A stretch of 64,000 bases of DNA from an uncultured Acidimicrobiia bacterium. GTDB taxonomy: Bacteria > Actinomycetota > Acidimicrobiia > IMCC26256 > JAENVU01. Where the stretch lies: assembly GCA_963752335.1 (NCBI GenBank), contig CAVVXW010000001.1, positions 345,726 through 409,725 of the forward strand, given 5' to 3'. Shown here piece by piece: positions 61,180-64,000 of this stretch (positions are counted from its first letter, which is position 1; every line of letters begins with the position of its first letter). The notes below the pieces were generated by a model. That model worked only from the letters and a program-made list of their open reading frames with translations. It searched no databases and was not told the origin of the DNA. A program made the position numbers and the translations under genes.

Positions 61180-63168
61180 GTGCTCCAAAAGCGTTCCGGG
61201 TTCGGGCTGTTCGGCTTCTACGCGGCCGTCACCCTGGTCCCGATCCTCGTCCTCGGCGTCCTGCTCGCCCGCTCGTTCCGCGCCGATCTCGACGCGCGCG
61301 GCCTGGCCGAGGGGAGCGCGGTCGCGAACGCCGTCGCGCGATCGGCGGTGGAGCCGAACCTGACCGGCGACCCGCTCGCGGGCGGCCCGACCGCGGCGGA
61401 GGAGCGAGCCCTCGGCCGCGCGTTCCAGCCCCTGCTGAGGGAAGGCGACGTCATCCGCCTACGACTCCGCGACCGGCAGGGTCACGTCGTGTTCGATCCG
61501 CGCTTCCCCGGTCGGGGATCCTTCGGGCCGGCCGACGCCGAGGTCGTCGAGGCCATCGAGGGCACGCCGGTCCGGCTGCTCACCCACCTGAACGCCGACG
61601 AGAGCGACGGCGGTGCCGTCGGCGGTGCCCGGGCCGTCGAGGTCTACGTACCGGTGCGCGCGGCGGGGGGATCCGAACGGGCACTCGGCGCGCTCGAGGT
61701 CTATGTGCCGTACGCGCCGATCGCCGCGTCGATTGACAGCGCCGCGCGCCGCGCGACCACACTGCTCGCCGCCGGGCTCTTCGTGCTCTGGGGCCTGCTC
61801 GGCGCCATCACGTGGTCGGTCACCCGCCGCTTGCGGCGCTCCGCCGAGGCGAACCGTGCGCTGGCGCGCACCGACGCGCTGACCGGCCTCGCCAACCGTA
61901 CGGCCATGGCGGAGTACCTGCGCCGGACCCTGGAGACCGAGGGGACACACCCCGTGTCGGTCGCGGTCATCGATGTCGACGGGTTCGGCCAGATCAACGA
62001 GATCCTCGGGCACGAGAACGGCGACCGCTTCCTCCAGCACGTCGCCGCGATCGGTCGTGGCGCCGTCGGCGAGGACGATCTCATCGCCCGCACCGGCGGT
62101 GACGAGTTCGGCATGGTGCTCCCCGGCACGGACCACCGGGCCGCCGAGTCGGTCATCGAGCGCATCCGGCGGGGCCTGCTCACCGAGGTAGACCTCGGCG
62201 GCGTCGCGGTGACGGCCGAGATCGCGGTCGGGCGCGCCGAAGGCCACGCCGGCGACGACGCCGGCGAGATGATCCGCAAGGCCAACGTGGCGTGCCGCGC
62301 CGCCAAGCGCGCCAAGGTTCCGCTGCTCGACTACGAGCCGGCGCTCGAGGGCTTCGATGCCGACCGACTCACCCTGGTCACCGAGCTTCGCCACAGCATC
62401 GACGCAGACCACCTCGTGCTGCACTACCAGCCCAAGGTCGACATCACGCACGACCGCGTGGTGGGGGTGGAGGCGCTCGTGCGCTGGCAGCACCCGACGC
62501 GTGGACTGCTGATGCCGGGCGCGTTCCTGCCCGCGACCGAGTCGACCGAGCTGATCATCGAGCTGACGGACTGGGTCGTGGACACCGCGTGCGGCCAAGC
62601 CGCCCGTTGGGCCGAGGCGGGCCGGCCGGTACCGATCGCGGTGAACGTCTCGGCTCGGTGCCTCCGAGACGGTGCCTTCGCCGACCGGGTGCTCGCGGCG
62701 CTCATCCGCCATCGCCTGCCGGTCGGGCTCCTCACGGTGGAGATCACCGAGACCGCGGTCATCTCCGATCCGGCCCGTGCCGCGGGGACGCTGCGCCGGT
62801 TGGCCGAGCGCGGCGTCAAGATCTCCATCGACGACTTCGGCGTCGGCTACACGTCGCTCGGCCACCTCGACCGACTCCCGATCGACGAGCTCAAGATCGA
62901 TCGCCAGTTCGTGGCGCCACTCGTGACCGGCGCCGACCACGGCGCGATCGTGCGGGCAGTCGTGTCGATGGGACACCAACTCGGCATGACCGTCGTCGCC
63001 GAGGGGGTCGAGGACGACGACACGCTCACCATGCTCGCGGAGATCGGCTGCGACGTCGCTCAGGGCTACGGAATCGCGCGGCCCGCGCCGGTGGACGTGA
63101 TCGACGCATGGCTCACCGACCGAACCGGCACCGCCGCGACGTCGAACGATGTCAGGTCGCCGGCGTGA
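61180..63168 (+). CDS. Membrane GGDEF-EAL diguanylate cyclase/phosphodiesterase
   Basis: Two TM helices with a sensor region, 'TDALTGLANR', 'RTGGDEF', 'HYQPK..EALVRW', 'EITE', 'IDDFGVGY', 'VAEGVE', 'QGY'. Confidence 0.94.
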   Translation: MLQKRSGFGLFGFYAAVTLVPILVLGVLLARSFRADLDARGLAEGSAVANAVARSAVEPNLTGDPLAGGPTAAEERALGRAFQPLLREGDVIRLRLRDRQGHVVFDPRFPGRGSFGPADAEVVEAIEGTPVRLLTHLNADESDGGAVGGARAVEVYVPVRAAGGSERALGALEVYVPYAPIAASIDSAARRATTLLAAGLFVLWGLLGAITWSVTRRLRRSAEANRALARTDALTGLANRTAMAEYLRRTLETEGTHPVSVAVIDVDGFGQINEILGHENGDRFLQHVAAIGRGAVGEDDLIARTGGDEFGMVLPGTDHRAAESVIERIRRGLLTEVDLGGVAVTAEIAVGRAEGHAGDDAGEMIRKANVACRAAKRAKVPLLDYEPALEGFDADRLTLVTELRHSIDADHLVLHYQPKVDITHDRVVGVEALVRWQHPTRGLLMPGAFLPATESTELIIELTDWVVDTACGQAARWAEAGRPVPIAVNVSARCLRDGAFADRVLAALIRHRLPVGLLTVEITETAVISDPARAAGTLRRLAERGVKISIDDFGVGYTSLGHLDRLPIDELKIDRQFVAPLVTGADHGAIVRAVVSMGHQLGMTVVAEGVEDDDTLTMLAEIGCDVAQGYGIARPAPVDVIDAWLTDRTGTAATSNDVRSPA

Positions 63169-64000
63169 GCCCCAGCGCGTCGTAGATCAGACGCGTCGCC
63201 CGCGACCGGTTCAGGGTGATGAAGTGCAGACCCGGAGCCCCGCCGTCCAGCAATGCCCGCGAGAGCTTCGTCGCCTCCTCCACCCCGACGCGGAAGACCG
63301 CCTCCGGGTCGTCCTGCACCGCGTAGAGCTTGTCGGCGAGCCACGCCGGGAACTCCGAGCCCTGGAGCTCGGTCATCCGCTTGATGCTGCTGATCGCCGT
63401 CGCCGGCATGATCCCGGGGATCACCGGCTTGTCGATCCCGAGGTCTGCCAGGCTCGACACGAGGTCGAAATAGTGCGCGGGGTCGAAGAAGAACTGGGTG
63501 ATCGCGAAGTCGGCCTCTGCGAGCTTCTCGGCGGTGCGCGCCCGGTCCGCGGCGAGGCTCGGCGCGCGCGGGTGCGGCTCGGGGAACGCGGCAACGCCGA
63601 TGGAGAAGTCGCCGACGTCCCGGAGGAGCCGGACGAGCTCCACTGCGTACCTGAGCTCGCCGGGCGGGAGGTCCAGGTTCTTCGGCGGGTCACCACCGAG
63701 GGCCAGGATGTTCTCCACCCCGGCGTCGCGGTAGCGGGCTGCGATCTCCTCCAGCTCCGCACGGGTGTGGCACACGCACGTGAGATGGGCCATCGGCGTG
63801 ATCGATGAGTCCCGCCGGAAGTGCGTGACGATGTCGTGGGTCATCTCACGGGTTCCACCACCCGCGCCGTAGGTCACGGAGACGAACGACGGCGCAAGCG
63901 GCTCGAGCTCCACGAGCGCCTTCGCCAGTGTCTCGGACGCCTCGGGGGTCTTCGGAGGGAAGAACTCGAAGCTGTAGGTGGGCCCGGCGCCGAGCGCCTC
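63152..64000 (-). CDS. metF: 5,10-methylenetetrahydrofolate reductase (5'-truncated by window edge)
   Basis: 'SFEFFPPKT', 'FVSVTYGAGG', 'AHLTC', 'NILALGGDPP', 'AITQFFF', 'GLHFITLN'. Confidence 0.94.
   Translation of the reverse strand, partial: EALGAGPTYSFEFFPPKTPEASETLAKALVELEPLAPSFVSVTYGAGGGTREMTHDIVTHFRRDSSITPMAHLTCVCHTRAELEEIAARYRDAGVENILALGGDPPKNLDLPPGELRYAVELVRLLRDVGDFSIGVAAFPEPHPRAPSLAADRARTAEKLAEADFAITQFFFDPAHYFDLVSSLADLGIDKPVIPGIMPATAISSIKRMTELQGSEFPAWLADKLYAVQDDPEAVFRVGVEEATKLSRALLDGGAPGLHFITLNRSRATRLIYDALGLTPAT

Overview
A very GC-rich chromosomal segment of an actinobacterium. The gene content (WhiB, a Rv3679/Rv3680-type ArsA pair, ask-asd, ffs-dnaX-ybaB-recR, tadA-tRNA-Ser) and style suggest a deep-branching lineage such as Acidimicrobiia, which is an inference. 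The window holds about 60 CDS, 3 tRNAs (Pro-CGG, Ser-GGA, Ser-CGA) and a long, Alu-domain-type SRP RNA. It also carries a dispersed ethylmalonyl-CoA/propionyl-CoA cluster (hbd, meaA/ecm, pccB plus epsilon subunit, mce, ccr, thiolase), metY-metX, metF, the 3' part of selB, and an accessory-looking block of small genes after tRNA-Ser(GGA). About 14 genes, including dnaX and recR, carry 1-2 nt indels, best explained as long-read consensus errors. The most notable unexplained structures are: (1) an orphan AbiEi-N/DUF559 nuclease gene bracketed by inverted arrays of a 34-bp-period repeat, both ends starting at the TGA stop codons of convergent neighbours (candidate non-transposase mobile or REP-like element); (2) a helically phased cluster of about 11 DnaA-box-like 9-mers with no dnaA nearby; (3) a 62-bp x 5.3 tandem repeat built from the 3' end of the thiolase gene; (4) the Bacillus-type large SRP RNA; (5) pervasive leaderless-type promoter architecture. 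No CRISPR array, integrase or transposase was seen.
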